Position numbers and translations under genes: made by a program. A DNA stretch of 64,000 bases from Candidatus Dormiibacterota bacterium (lineage in GTDB: Bacteria > Chloroflexota > Dormibacteria > Aeolococcales > Aeolococcaceae): the NCBI GenBank assembly GCA_963789735.1, contig CAWBLV010000006.1, forward strand, positions 99,527 through 163,526, in the 5' to 3' direction. Below are positions 30,317 through 39,759 of this stretch, in pieces (the stretch's first letter is position 1; each line of letters opens with the position of its first letter). A model generated the notes under the pieces. It did no database searches. It was not told the origin of the DNA and saw only the letters and a list, made by a program, of their open reading frames with translations.

Positions 30317-30492
30317 CGGATCCTGGCCTCTGCGCGCGATGCGTCAACGCTCGCGTCATCCCGGGCGCGCGATCATCCTTCGTGCGCTGCGAGCTCGCTG
30401 ACTCGGACCCGCGTTTCCGGCGTTATCCGCCGCTCCCCGTCCGCCGATGCGATGGGTATGTTGCGGTGTCGCCTCAAGCTACGCGGCGCTGA
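30283..30492 (+). CDS. Small cysteine-containing hypothetical protein
   Basis: 69 aa, reading CARCVNARVIPGARSSFVRCE...RYPPLPVRRCDGY (4 Cys). It recalls a conserved actinobacterial small protein, from memory only. It overlaps both neighbours. Confidence 0.4.
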   Translation: MHDRDVHVTPPPDPGLCARCVNARVIPGARSSFVRCELADSDPRFRRYPPLPVRRCDGYVAVSPQATRR

Positions 30493-31577
30493 CCTGGGCC
30501 GAGCGGTGCCCGCTCACGGTGAGGCAGGTACGAGCGATCGCCAATCCAGGGCGCGGGCGGCACGTTGAGTCCTTTGGTCGTCTGGTTGAGCCACAGGCCG
30601 TACTTGCTTCGCATCTGGCTGAACGCCTCCCAGGCACTGTCGAGATTGTGCAGTTGATATCCGGCATGCTCGAGACGCGCACACGCTTCCAGAAACTCCT
30701 GGTGCTCGACGCCTGCCACGGGCTCGCCCACGATCTTGAAGTGATCGCGCATGTCGGCAACGAAGTGCGATCCCACTTTGTGCATGAGGCGTGCGTTGCC
30801 CACGGGTCCGCCATCGATGGTGGTGAGCACCAGGGTTGCCGCATCCATGACTGCGCCGAACGAATTGGGCCAGGCCTCGTTGTCATGGCTGGAGCGGAAG
30901 TAGAAGAGCAACGGGTAGGAGAGGTGGCTTTCGATGACGTCGACGGTCCACAGCCGCCATTCGTCAAATGTTGCGACGAGCTGATTGGGCATCGCATCCT
31001 TTGCGCACGTCTCGAGCAACTGCACGCCCGACGGCGGCGCACCCGCGAGCGCGTCGAGGGCAACCACCGCGGTCTCGCGTTTCTGGAACGAACTGAAGAG
31101 CGAAAACAGCAGGCTGATCACCAGCGCGAAGAGACCGAATCCGCTCGCTGCCTCGATGGCCGCAAACACTCGCGTCGCCACGCCGGCTGCCTCGATGCCA
31201 CCGACTGAGAAGGCGAGCATCCGCCCTGTAGAGAAATACAGCGTGGTGCCAAACGAGTCGGGTTGCGGCTGGAGCCCGGCGTGCAGGCCGTTGAAGATCA
31301 ACGCGAAGCCGAGGATCAGCCCGAACCCCCAGAACACGAGCAGCGCCACGAGCATCATCGGCGCGAAGGCCGCAAGCGCCGTCTCGCGGTTCTTCAAACG
31401 CCTGGGGACGTTGGCGAGCTTTCGCCACAGTCGCCACGTGCCACGGATGAGCCACAAGCTGAGGCGTACCCGCCCGACTGCGGGCCGCGGCATGACCACC
31501 GACTGGAACACGTCGTAGACCGTGACGAGCACGATCAGCGCGCCGAAGCCGATCTGGACGCCGTCGGTAACGCTCAC
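30474..31577 (-). CDS. Integral membrane protein, ion-channel-like N-terminus plus a soluble C-terminal domain
   Basis: Several hydrophobic helices are present (GFGALIVLVTVYDVF; MMLVALLVFWGFGLILGFALIF; GFGLFALVISLLFSLF). A pore-loop-like stretch TLYFSTGRMLAFSVGG lies between them. 367 aa. Confidence 0.65.
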   Translation of the reverse strand: MSVTDGVQIGFGALIVLVTVYDVFQSVVMPRPAVGRVRLSLWLIRGTWRLWRKLANVPRRLKNRETALAAFAPMMLVALLVFWGFGLILGFALIFNGLHAGLQPQPDSFGTTLYFSTGRMLAFSVGGIEAAGVATRVFAAIEAASGFGLFALVISLLFSLFSSFQKRETAVVALDALAGAPPSGVQLLETCAKDAMPNQLVATFDEWRLWTVDVIESHLSYPLLFYFRSSHDNEAWPNSFGAVMDAATLVLTTIDGGPVGNARLMHKVGSHFVADMRDHFKIVGEPVAGVEHQEFLEACARLEHAGYQLHNLDSAWEAFSQMRSKYGLWLNQTTKGLNVPPAPWIGDRSYLPHRERAPLGPGQRRVA

Positions 31578-31783
31578 GTGTCGAGCTGGCGGCGCATCTC
31601 GGTGAGTTCCGCGAGCACTTCCTGGAGTGCGTCGAGATCCTCCGAGTCCACGGCAATCCTGCGCAGGCCCGCGAGCTCTGCGATGGCGGCGTCCATCGTG
31701 TCGACGGTATGAGCGGCGTCGTCAAACCGTCTCGTCTGCAGACGCAGTCCGAGGGCTCGTGCCTGCTCGGCGATGTCACTCAT
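31574..31783 (-). CDS. Small helical hypothetical protein, translationally coupled to the membrane protein
   Basis: 69 aa and acidic (MSDIAEQARALGLRLQ...LQEVLAELTEMRRQLDT). GTGA overlap with the downstream gene. Confidence 0.5.
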   Translation of the reverse strand: MSDIAEQARALGLRLQTRRFDDAAHTVDTMDAAIAELAGLRRIAVDSEDLDALQEVLAELTEMRRQLDT

Positions 31784-31892
31784 ACCGGCGCCACACCGCT
31801 TTCACGTTGGCGCGATTTCCCTGCCTGTTGCAGGACTTACCGAGCGCAGTTGCGCTACCGCCGTCGCCATGCGACCGATGGTACGGCGGCGG

Positions 31893-32675
31893 TCACACCC
31901 GCCGTGTGGCGAGCACCAACAGCGTCGAGTAGTGGTAGATCATGGTGCCGCCCAGGTTGTCGACGGTATCGCCGAGCGCCTCGAGGAGCGCATGCCTCCG
32001 CTCGTCCGGCAGCCGAACGTGATCACTGTGGGTGGCGACAAGGTTGATCCAGCCGGCTCTGTCGTAGACCGTGTCCCACGGATACGTCCGCGCCTCGACG
32101 TGTGTGAAGAGGCCGTCCAGCTTGAATTCCTCGAAGCGGTCGACCGGCTCCTCGGTGAGGTTGAGCGCGACGTTGGTCTTGGCCAGCTCAGGGGCGAGCC
32201 GCTCGTAGACAGCCTCAAGCGCGCGCGTAGCTTCCTCGTTGGGCCGCCCGCGGTTCCAGAAGACGCCGAGGTGGCCGCCCGGATGCAGCAGCGATGCGGC
32301 CTTGGCAACACCGAGCACGGGGTTCACCCAATGCCACGCCTGCCCGGAGACGATGAGGTCGTACATCCGCCCCTGCGCATCCCAGTCCTCGAACGTCGAC
32401 TCCTCGACGTGAATGCCGTGACTTCGAGCCATCGCCGCCATCGACGGATCCGGCTCGATCCCCAGCAGGTCGCATCCACGCTCGACGAGGAGCCGGGCCG
32501 CCTTGCCGGTGCCGCATCCCACATCAAGGACGTGACCTGGAGCGAGCGCCATCAGGTCGTCGACGAGCGCGGGCGGGTACGTCGGCCGCGCCTGGTCGTA
32601 CAGCGCGGCCACCCCTCCGAACGACATGGCCCGAGTGCGGTCCTCGTGCAGCTGGTCGGATTGGCGTTCTGGCAT
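31893..32675 (-). CDS. Class I SAM-dependent methyltransferase
   Basis: Motif I VLDVGCGTGKAARLL and post-I DLLGIEPD are present. 260 aa; ATG 32627 is an alternative start. Confidence 0.8.
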   Translation of the reverse strand: MPERQSDQLHEDRTRAMSFGGVAALYDQARPTYPPALVDDLMALAPGHVLDVGCGTGKAARLLVERGCDLLGIEPDPSMAAMARSHGIHVEESTFEDWDAQGRMYDLIVSGQAWHWVNPVLGVAKAASLLHPGGHLGVFWNRGRPNEEATRALEAVYERLAPELAKTNVALNLTEEPVDRFEEFKLDGLFTHVEARTYPWDTVYDRAGWINLVATHSDHVRLPDERRHALLEALGDTVDNLGGTMIYHYSTLLVLATRRV

Positions 32676-32684
32676 TCGACCGTG

Positions 32685-34010
32685 TCAGCTGAGCCGCGAC
32701 GGCTGCGGAGTGAGCGCTGTCTCGACGTCCGCGGCAAATCGCGCGGCATCGGCTGGTTCGAGACGTGCGGTCGTGACGCGAATGCCCCGCGCGCTGGCGA
32801 TGCGGAATCGGTCTCCGGCGAGCACGCCCCAGCCACAGCTCTGCAGCGCGGCAACCGTGGCATCCTCGTGCGCCACCGGGATCCAGACGTTGAGACCGGA
32901 GCTGCCGTGGGACTCGATGCCGCGCTCTGCGAGCGCGGTGCGCAGCGCCTCACGACGAAGCGTGTAGATGGCCGAGACACGCTCGCGACGCGAGGCGTCG
33001 TCCGGGTCACTCCACATCCGAACCACGAGCCGCTGCAGGAGGTGCGACACCCAGCCCGCGGCGAGCAGGCGACGGCCTTCGACACGCGCGACAGTGGTTG
33101 CGTCACCCGACATGACGGCAAGACGGAGGTCGGGCCCCAGTGATTTCGACACCGACCGGAGGTGCGCCCAGCGGGTACGACCCGGCTCACAGAGCGAGTG
33201 GCAATTCCGTTCTGTGATATCGAAGGCATGATCATCTTCGAGCACAAGCACCGAAGGATGGCCGGCGAGCACGGCCCGGAGTTCCTCGGCGCGAACGGCG
33301 TCGATCGCGGAGCCAAAAGGGTTCTGTGCGCGTGGGGTGATCGCGCATGCGACGGCGCCGCCGCGCAGCGCTCGCGCGAGGCCCTCAGGAGTAGGTCCGC
33401 GGTCGTCGATGGCAACCGGGAGCACCGTCAGCCCGAGCGCGGACGCGAGGTCGATGATGCCCGGGTAGCAGGGATCTTCGACAGCGATTCGATCGCCGGG
33501 GCGGAGGTGGGCCTGGAGCGCGAGCTGGATGCCGTCGAGTGCCCCGCCGACGACCGTCATGTGGTCGCTGGGCACGCCGTCGCTGTCGAGGCGCGCCGCG
33601 GCAAGCGCGAGCAACTCCGGGTCCGAACCGGCGGCGCCGTAGAGCACCGGCTCATGGGGCAGGGCGATGAATGCGGGCTCGAGGTCTGGCAGGAGCGCGG
33701 GATCCGGGTTGCCCGACAGCAGGTCGACAACCCCGGGAGGCACGATCGGCCTGCCCCGCGGCGCGGGTGGGACCCGCGGCGCGATGGTGGTGCCGAGCCG
33801 CCCGGCACCGGCGACAAGCCCTCGGCGGCGCAACTCGCGATATGCGGATGCGACGGTGGCGGTGCTGATGCCGCGATGAGACGCGAGCGAACGAACCGTG
33901 GGCAGCCGCGTTCCCGCAGTGAGTTCACCGTCGCGGATGCCGCGCTCGACGCTCTCGGCGATCTCGGACGCCCGCTTCCCGGTGATGTGATAACGTATCG
34001 GTACGTTCAT
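32685..34010 (-). CDS. MocR/PdxR-type regulator (GntR HTH fused to an aminotransferase class I fold)
   Basis: The N-terminal wHTH reads LPTVRSLASHRGISTATVASAYRELRRRGLV. It is followed by an about 350-aa aminotransferase-like domain. It is divergent from an EamA transporter. Confidence 0.85.
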   Translation of the reverse strand: MNVPIRYHITGKRASEIAESVERGIRDGELTAGTRLPTVRSLASHRGISTATVASAYRELRRRGLVAGAGRLGTTIAPRVPPAPRGRPIVPPGVVDLLSGNPDPALLPDLEPAFIALPHEPVLYGAAGSDPELLALAAARLDSDGVPSDHMTVVGGALDGIQLALQAHLRPGDRIAVEDPCYPGIIDLASALGLTVLPVAIDDRGPTPEGLARALRGGAVACAITPRAQNPFGSAIDAVRAEELRAVLAGHPSVLVLEDDHAFDITERNCHSLCEPGRTRWAHLRSVSKSLGPDLRLAVMSGDATTVARVEGRRLLAAGWVSHLLQRLVVRMWSDPDDASRRERVSAIYTLRREALRTALAERGIESHGSSGLNVWIPVAHEDATVAALQSCGWGVLAGDRFRIASARGIRVTTARLEPADAARFAADVETALTPQPSRLS

Positions 34011-34028
34011 CGCTTTGTATCATAACAA

Positions 34029-34997
34029 ATGACTCAGAACGTGTCCATCTCCCAGATCTCCCGCCCTCAGGCTTCGCGCGCGCAGATCGTGATTGCCTTC
34101 GCGGCGGTGTACGTCATCTGGGGTTCGACGTACCTCACGATCAAAATCGCGATCGAGACGATCCCCGCATTGCTCATGTCGGGGACGCGGTTCGTGCTCG
34201 CCGGGGTCATCTTGCTTGCGTTCTCGCTCCGTCCCGGGCAGCCCCGCGAGCGGCTCACACTCGTCCACTGGCGGTCCGCAGTGATCATCGGCGCGTGCTT
34301 GTTGCTCTTCGGCAACGGAGGCGTGGCCTGGGGAGAGCAGTACCTGCCGAGCGGTTTCGTCGCGCTGATCATCGCAACCGTGCCGCTCTGGATGGCACTG
34401 TTCGCACCGGCATTCGGTGGCCGCTGGATCAACTGGACCGCGGCGATCGGCATCGCGATCGGACTCGCCGGCATCTTCCTTTTGGTCCGCCCCGGTGGCG
34501 ATGGCGCGGGTCACTGGCAGACGCTCGTCGTTCTGCTGGCCCCACTCCTCTGGGCGCTCGGCTCGCTGTACGCGCGCGGCGCGCCCGCTCCCAAGGCGCC
34601 GCTGACGGCCGTGGCGATGGAGATGATCGCCGGCGGTCTCCTCCTGACAATTGCCGGGGTCGCCGATGGCGAGCTCGGTCACCTGCACCTGGCCTCGATG
34701 TCGTTCGCATCGATCGCATCCTTCGTCTACCTCGTGCTCATCGGGGCGATGGTCGGCTACGTGGCTTACATCTGGCTGCTCCACCACGTCTCGGTGACCG
34801 CCGCGTCGACATATGCATTCGTCAACCCAGTGGTCGCGGTCTTCCTCGGAGCGATCGTGCTGGGCGAGCAGGTGACCGGCATCACAGTCGTTGCCGCGGC
34901 ACTGATCGTCGGCGCCGTGATCCTCCTGCTGATCGGGCAGAGCCGCAACACAGCGCCCGCTGTGGCACTCGAGGTTCCAGTCCGCGACGTCGCGTGA
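34029..34997 (+). CDS. EamA/DMT-family transporter
   Basis: About 10 hydrophobic helices with duplicated EamA halves (FAAVYVIWGSTYLTIKIA...; SFVYLVLIGAMVGYVAYIWLL). 322 aa. Confidence 0.85.
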   Translation: MTQNVSISQISRPQASRAQIVIAFAAVYVIWGSTYLTIKIAIETIPALLMSGTRFVLAGVILLAFSLRPGQPRERLTLVHWRSAVIIGACLLLFGNGGVAWGEQYLPSGFVALIIATVPLWMALFAPAFGGRWINWTAAIGIAIGLAGIFLLVRPGGDGAGHWQTLVVLLAPLLWALGSLYARGAPAPKAPLTAVAMEMIAGGLLLTIAGVADGELGHLHLASMSFASIASFVYLVLIGAMVGYVAYIWLLHHVSVTAASTYAFVNPVVAVFLGAIVLGEQVTGITVVAAALIVGAVILLLIGQSRNTAPAVALEVPVRDVA

Positions 34998-35032
34998 CGG
35001 CGTGCCCTCCGGCGAGAGGTGACAATGGGTCG

Positions 35033-35734
35033 GTGGACAGCGAAACCGTGATCGTCGATCCCGCCGCGGAGCCGCTTCAGCCGCGGGGTCGGATCGGCAT
35101 CAAGGACGTCCTCTGCGTCGGCCCGATCATCGCCAACACCATCTATTACTACGCCGGGCTGCCACTGACGCCGCTGCTCCTCGGCCGCAACCCGGTGCTG
35201 CTCAGCGCGCTTCGCGGGAGCATCGCGTCGATGGTGGCCGCCGGCGGATTCGCGAGGGTCGGCAAAGTCCCACTGGTGCTTGCGCTGATCGCCCCCATCC
35301 CGATATCGATGATGACCGACCCATTTTTCTTCTGGGCCGGGAAGCGATACGGACGTAGCCTGATCAACTATTTGAGCGAGTCGGATCCGAGGTGGCGAAA
35401 GCGTGCGGCGCGAGGGGAGCGTTTCTTCCAGAAATACGGTGTGTGGACGATTGTCCTGGCGCCGATTCTGCCGGCGCCGTCGCCGCTCTTCTACATGGCC
35501 GCGGGTGAGGCCGGCATGCCGTTTCTGCTCTTCATCTGTGCCGACCTCGTCGGCACGCTCGTATATATCGGCCTCATCGTCGGCGCGGGCTGGGCGATCG
35601 GTCAGCCGGCCGTCACCGTTGCACAGACGATCAGCAACTACGCGCTCTGGATCATCGTGGCGATGGTGGTCCTCATCGTCGCGTGGTCGGTGTTTTCTGC
35701 ATGGCGAGCGCCCCGAGAAGTGACGAGGCGCTGA
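35033..35734 (+). CDS. DedA/VTT-domain membrane protein
   Basis: FFFWAGKRYGRSLINYL...FFQKYGVWTIVLAPILP motif region. The start is uncertain (GTG 35033 or 35048). The long upstream ORF extension is a GC artefact. Confidence 0.7.
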   Translation: MDSETVIVDPAAEPLQPRGRIGIKDVLCVGPIIANTIYYYAGLPLTPLLLGRNPVLLSALRGSIASMVAAGGFARVGKVPLVLALIAPIPISMMTDPFFFWAGKRYGRSLINYLSESDPRWRKRAARGERFFQKYGVWTIVLAPILPAPSPLFYMAAGEAGMPFLLFICADLVGTLVYIGLIVGAGWAIGQPAVTVAQTISNYALWIIVAMVVLIVAWSVFSAWRAPREVTRR

Positions 35735-36237
35735 GCACCGGCGCCAACCAGCTCGCAGCGCGACGCTGGCTGCTGGTCGTCGTTGCCGTGGTTGTGCCAG
35801 TCGCGCTCGGAGCGCTCGCCACGTTGGTCCTCTACGCAACGCGTGCGAAGCCGGTTGTCGCTCGACCGGAGGCGATCCACGCGTCGGACGTGAAGGGCCT
35901 TGACGGATCGGTGCTGGTGCTGCAACCAGAGACGGCCGCACAGGTGAAGATCGCGCTCGGGAGCACGATCGAGATCGTGCTGCACTCGTATATCGGCGAG
36001 ACGGTCGTGTCCCAGGATCCCCTGACGTTGAATCCGGTACCGAATCCGCCATGCGGCGTCCCGGCACTCTGCGGCTTCCCCGGCGCACAGCGCTACTCGT
36101 TCCAGGCGATTCAGGGAGGCGTGGGATATCTCGAGATCGTTTTTGGTATCCACAACTGCCTCACTAACGGCGAGTGCACGACCACGCCCTACGTGTACAA
36201 GCCGATCGCGGTCTACACACGGCCGCAGTCGAGCTGA
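35701..36237 (+). CDS. Membrane-anchored or secreted hypothetical protein
   Basis: N-terminal TM/signal anchor RRWLLVVVAVVVPVALGALATLVLY, then a Cys-containing about 120-aa domain. No family was recognised. Confidence 0.5.
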   Translation: MASAPRSDEALSTGANQLAARRWLLVVVAVVVPVALGALATLVLYATRAKPVVARPEAIHASDVKGLDGSVLVLQPETAAQVKIALGSTIEIVLHSYIGETVVSQDPLTLNPVPNPPCGVPALCGFPGAQRYSFQAIQGGVGYLEIVFGIHNCLTNGECTTTPYVYKPIAVYTRPQSS

Positions 36238-36239
36238 CC

Positions 36240-37490
36240 TCAGGGGATCGCGACTTCCTCGTGGTATTTCGGCAAACGGCTCATGCCGCTCTCGACCACC
36301 TCGGCGATCCGCTCCACTGCGTCCCATACGTCGATAAAACGCGTGTAGAGCGGCGCAAGGCCGAAGCGGCACAGGTCCGGTGGCCGGAAATCGCCGATAA
36401 CGCCGAGGTCCGCAACCGCGCGCACCACGGCGAGTCCGTCTTTGTGACGGAGTGACACCTGCGCGCCACGGTGCTTCGCGGATTCCGGTGTGGCGACGTC
36501 GAACCCGAGATGCCCGAGGCGCGTGCGCGCGCATCGCATGAACGCTTCGGTGAGCAGTCCAGCCTTCTCGCCGACAGCAGCGCCCCCGGCTTCGAGTTGG
36601 ATGTCGATGCCGACGCCGAGCGCACCGATTGCCAGGACCGGCGGCGAGCCGCTCATCCACCCGCGAATACCGGGTGCCCGCTGATACTCGGAGTTGAAGA
36701 GGAACGGGTTGTCGTGTCCCAGCCATCCCTGGATGGGATTGCGCAACTCCCCCTGCAGCGCCCTGGCGACATACAGGAATGCGGGTGAGCCCGGGCCGCC
36801 GTTCAAGTACTTGTAGCCGCATCCAACTGCGAGGTCGACGTTGTGCCGGTTGAGCTGAATCTCGACCGCCCCCGCGGAGTGCGACAGGTCCCAGAGCACG
36901 AGCGCGCCGGCCGCGTGCGCGGCCGCGGTGAGCGCACCCATGTCATGGCGTGCACCGGTCCGGAAGTCGACTTCGGTGAGCATGAGCAGCGCCGTATCGC
37001 TGTCCAGGGCTTCCGCGAGCGATGCGCGCTCGATCATTCGCACCTCGGCGCCGACCAGGTCCGCGACACCGGCGGCGATGTAGAGGTCAGTCGGGAAGTT
37101 GCTTCGCTCGGTGACGATCACGCGGCGTTGTGGACGTGCGCGCAGCACCGCCGTCATCAGACGGAACAGCCCGACCGATGTCGTATCGGCCACCAGCACC
37201 TCGCCCGGAGACGCACCGATGAGCTCCCCGATCCGGTCGCCGACACGCAGCGGTGAGTCCATCCATCCCGACTCCGTCCACCCACGGACGAGGATGGTTC
37301 CCCACTCATGCTCGGCCATCTCGTGCAGCCGCGTCACCGCCGCCTTGGGCAGACGTCCCATGGAATTCCCGTCGAGATAGATCGTCGCTCCGTCGTCAAG
37401 AAAGCGATCACGGAATTTCGCGAGAGGATCCTGCGCATCGAGCGCGGCGCACACGTTACGGTCGAGATTGTCAGGAAGTTGAGTAGTCAC
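36240..37490 (-). CDS. kynU: Kynureninase
   Basis: FRDRFLDDGATIYLDGNSMGRLP N-terminus and the PLP-lysine region DLAVGCGYKYLNGGPGSPAF. 416 aa. Confidence 0.9.
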   Translation of the reverse strand: MTTQLPDNLDRNVCAALDAQDPLAKFRDRFLDDGATIYLDGNSMGRLPKAAVTRLHEMAEHEWGTILVRGWTESGWMDSPLRVGDRIGELIGASPGEVLVADTTSVGLFRLMTAVLRARPQRRVIVTERSNFPTDLYIAAGVADLVGAEVRMIERASLAEALDSDTALLMLTEVDFRTGARHDMGALTAAAHAAGALVLWDLSHSAGAVEIQLNRHNVDLAVGCGYKYLNGGPGSPAFLYVARALQGELRNPIQGWLGHDNPFLFNSEYQRAPGIRGWMSGSPPVLAIGALGVGIDIQLEAGGAAVGEKAGLLTEAFMRCARTRLGHLGFDVATPESAKHRGAQVSLRHKDGLAVVRAVADLGVIGDFRPPDLCRFGLAPLYTRFIDVWDAVERIAEVVESGMSRLPKYHEEVAIP

Positions 37491-38260
37491 AGACGGTTTC
37501 GCACCTCCCAGAGCTCGGGGAAGAATCGCGTCGCGACGGTTGTCTCAAGATACGCGACACCACCACCGCCCGTACCAGGACGAGAGCCAATCTCGCGAGC
37601 GGCCATCAATGTGTGATGGAAGCGCCATCGAGCGATGGCCTCATCGTGATCGAGCAGCAACTCGCACACGCGATGCAGAACGGCGCGCTCCGCGTTTGCG
37701 TGATCGCGATACAGCGCGACGAAGGCTTCGATTCGACGTTCACGAGTTTCGGTGTCGCCCCCATCAGGAGCGTCGAATCCGTGCGCGCGCATCGACGCGC
37801 AGAGAGCCGTGAACAAGGTCGGCCGATCGGCCCGACGTCGCAACTCCTCGAGATCATGCTCGGAGAGCGGCGATGTTTCCGCCGGCGTCGCCCCGCTGAG
37901 GCCACCGAGGACTTCGATGGCGCGAAACTGCCCGGACTGCAGTCCCGACGCCGGCTTGAGTGGATCGCGAAACTCGAGAAAGCCCTCAGGTGTCAGCGTC
38001 TCAAGCACGCGCAATTGCGCAATCAGCAACTCATCAACGCGCGTCGTCCGGTGCAGCGGCGCTAGCGCTGACTGCGGCCTTCCCGCGTGGAGTTCCGCGG
38101 TCGCGAAGTCGAGTTCGTGAAGAATGAGCTTGAACCAGAGCTCGTAAGCCTGATGAATGACGACGAACAGCATCTCGTCATGAGCACCTTCAGTAAGAGG
38201 ATGCTGCAGATCGAGCAGAGCGTCGATCCGTAGGTACGAGCTGTAATCAGTACCCGCCAT
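37487..38260 (-). CDS. kynA: Tryptophan 2,3-dioxygenase
   Basis: YSSYLRIDALLDLQHPLT...EMLFVVIHQAYELWFKLILHEL. 257 aa, overlapping stop/start with kynU. Confidence 0.9.
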   Translation of the reverse strand: MAGTDYSSYLRIDALLDLQHPLTEGAHDEMLFVVIHQAYELWFKLILHELDFATAELHAGRPQSALAPLHRTTRVDELLIAQLRVLETLTPEGFLEFRDPLKPASGLQSGQFRAIEVLGGLSGATPAETSPLSEHDLEELRRRADRPTLFTALCASMRAHGFDAPDGGDTETRERRIEAFVALYRDHANAERAVLHRVCELLLDHDEAIARWRFHHTLMAAREIGSRPGTGGGGVAYLETTVATRFFPELWEVRNRL

Positions 38261-38264
38261 ACCG

Positions 38265-39300
38265 TCAGCCGCCTCGCGTCACGAGTATGTCGTCGAGCGA
38301 GAACTCCTCCGGCGGAGACAACTGATCGAAGTCGCACGACCGTGGCGCTTTGTCGGGGCGCCAGCGGAGGAAGCGCGACGCGTGACGGAAGCGGCCGCTC
38401 TGCAGATGATCGAAGGACACCTCGCAGACGAGCTCCGGCGAAACCGACGTATAGGAACTGTCCGCGGCGCTTTGCCACCGGCTCGGGCCGCCGGGGGTGC
38501 GCCCGTGTCCGAAGCTGTCGCCCCCAACGAGTGGCTGGAGTTGCTCCAGGATCGCGCGACGTTCGGCGGCGTCGAACGACGACGTGTGGCCTACGTGGTG
38601 GAGAGCGCCTTCCTGGTCATAAAGACCGAGCAGGAGTGACCCGATGCCCTTGCCGTCTTTGGCGACGCGGTAACCGCCGACGACGCAGTCGACGGTGCGG
38701 AGGTGCTTGATCTTGGTCCAGTGTCGTTCGCCGGGCTCGTAGATACCAGCGGGGTTCTTCGCGACGACGCCGTCGAGTTCCGGCGCCCTCGTATCGGGTG
38801 AACCATGTTGTCGCCTCGTCCACGTCCGTGGTTTGCGGCGTGACACCGACGATCGGGCTGCTCTTGATTGCATTCAGCAGACGGGTGCGCCGCTCCTCGA
38901 GCGATCGCTGCCTTAGGTCGTCCGTGTCCTCCGCAAGGATGTCGAAGAGGACGACCGATGCAGGTGTCTTCTCGGCGAGCATGCGCACGCGGGATGCGGC
39001 CGGGTGAATGCGCTGTTGGAGGGCGTCGAAGTCGAGCCCGTGGTCGGTGGCGATGACGATCTCCCCGTCGACGATGGCGCGATCGGGCAGCGCCTCCTGG
39101 AGCGGCTGGATCAGCTCGGGGAAATAGCGCTCGAGCGCCAGCGCGTTGCGGCTCGCGATGTGGACGTGGTCTCCGTCGCGAAAGATGACGGCGCGGAACC
39201 CGTCCCACTTCGGCTCGTAGAGCCAGCTCCCCTCGCGCGGGATTTCCGGGGCAGCGCGAGCCAGCATCGGCTCGAGCGGCGGATCGAAGGGGAGCGACAC
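38265..39300 (-). pseudogene. ligC: ATP-dependent DNA ligase (LigC-like, ligase domain only), split by a 1-nt frameshift near 38778
   Basis: Motif I EPKWDGFR is present. The N-terminal frame ends ...WFTRYEGAG. The C-terminal frame continues LDGVVAKNPAGIYEPGERHWTKIK...FLRWRPDK. The junction is at + strand GAGTTC 38775-38780. Confidence 0.85.
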
Positions 39301-39333
39301 CAGCGGAGTGTCGCCGATTGCGGGGGGAAAGGG

Positions 39334-39759
39334 CTAGGCGGAGAGAACGTGCGGCCGTGCGTCTCGCATCCGGAGCCGGAGCAGGTTGTCCACGTCGACG
39401 ACGTCCCCGACCTCGCGGACCGCGGTCTCGAATCGCGTGATGTCGGTCAGCTCGTCGACCTCACCGCGCAGCGTGACCACGCCGCGGTTGGCGCGGATCT
39501 CGAGCCCGGTCGCGAGGTCACCAAAGCCCATCGTGAGAGCGACGCGGACTCGGTCGGCGAGAGTCTCATCCCAGCTGTTCGCGCCTGTCCGACGCGGACG
39601 CTTGTCGACGGCCGACCCGACGAGGGTCGCGACGCCGACTGTGGCGCGACGAGCAGCCGCCCGACGGCGGGCACCCGATCGGGGGTGAAGAAGGAATGCT
39701 GCGATTGCAATGACTGCGGCGCCTGTGGCTGCTGCCGCGAGCTTGAGAACCCGGGTCAC
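39334..39759 (-). CDS. BON-domain protein with an N-terminal membrane anchor
   Basis: LADRVRVAL...GLEIRANRGVVTLRGEVDELTD is a BON-type pattern. The N-terminal hydrophobic segment reads AATGAAVIAIAAFLL. Confidence 0.7.
   Translation of the reverse strand: MTRVLKLAAAATGAAVIAIAAFLLHPRSGARRRAAARRATVGVATLVGSAVDKRPRRTGANSWDETLADRVRVALTMGFGDLATGLEIRANRGVVTLRGEVDELTDITRFETAVREVGDVVDVDNLLRLRMRDARPHVLSA

Noticed and set aside
38265-39300. The ligase as part of an NHEJ (Ku/LigD) module.
   Set aside because: Only the adenylation and OB-fold ligase core is present. No polymerase or phosphoesterase domains and no ku gene are adjacent, so it is called a stand-alone LigC-type ligase.
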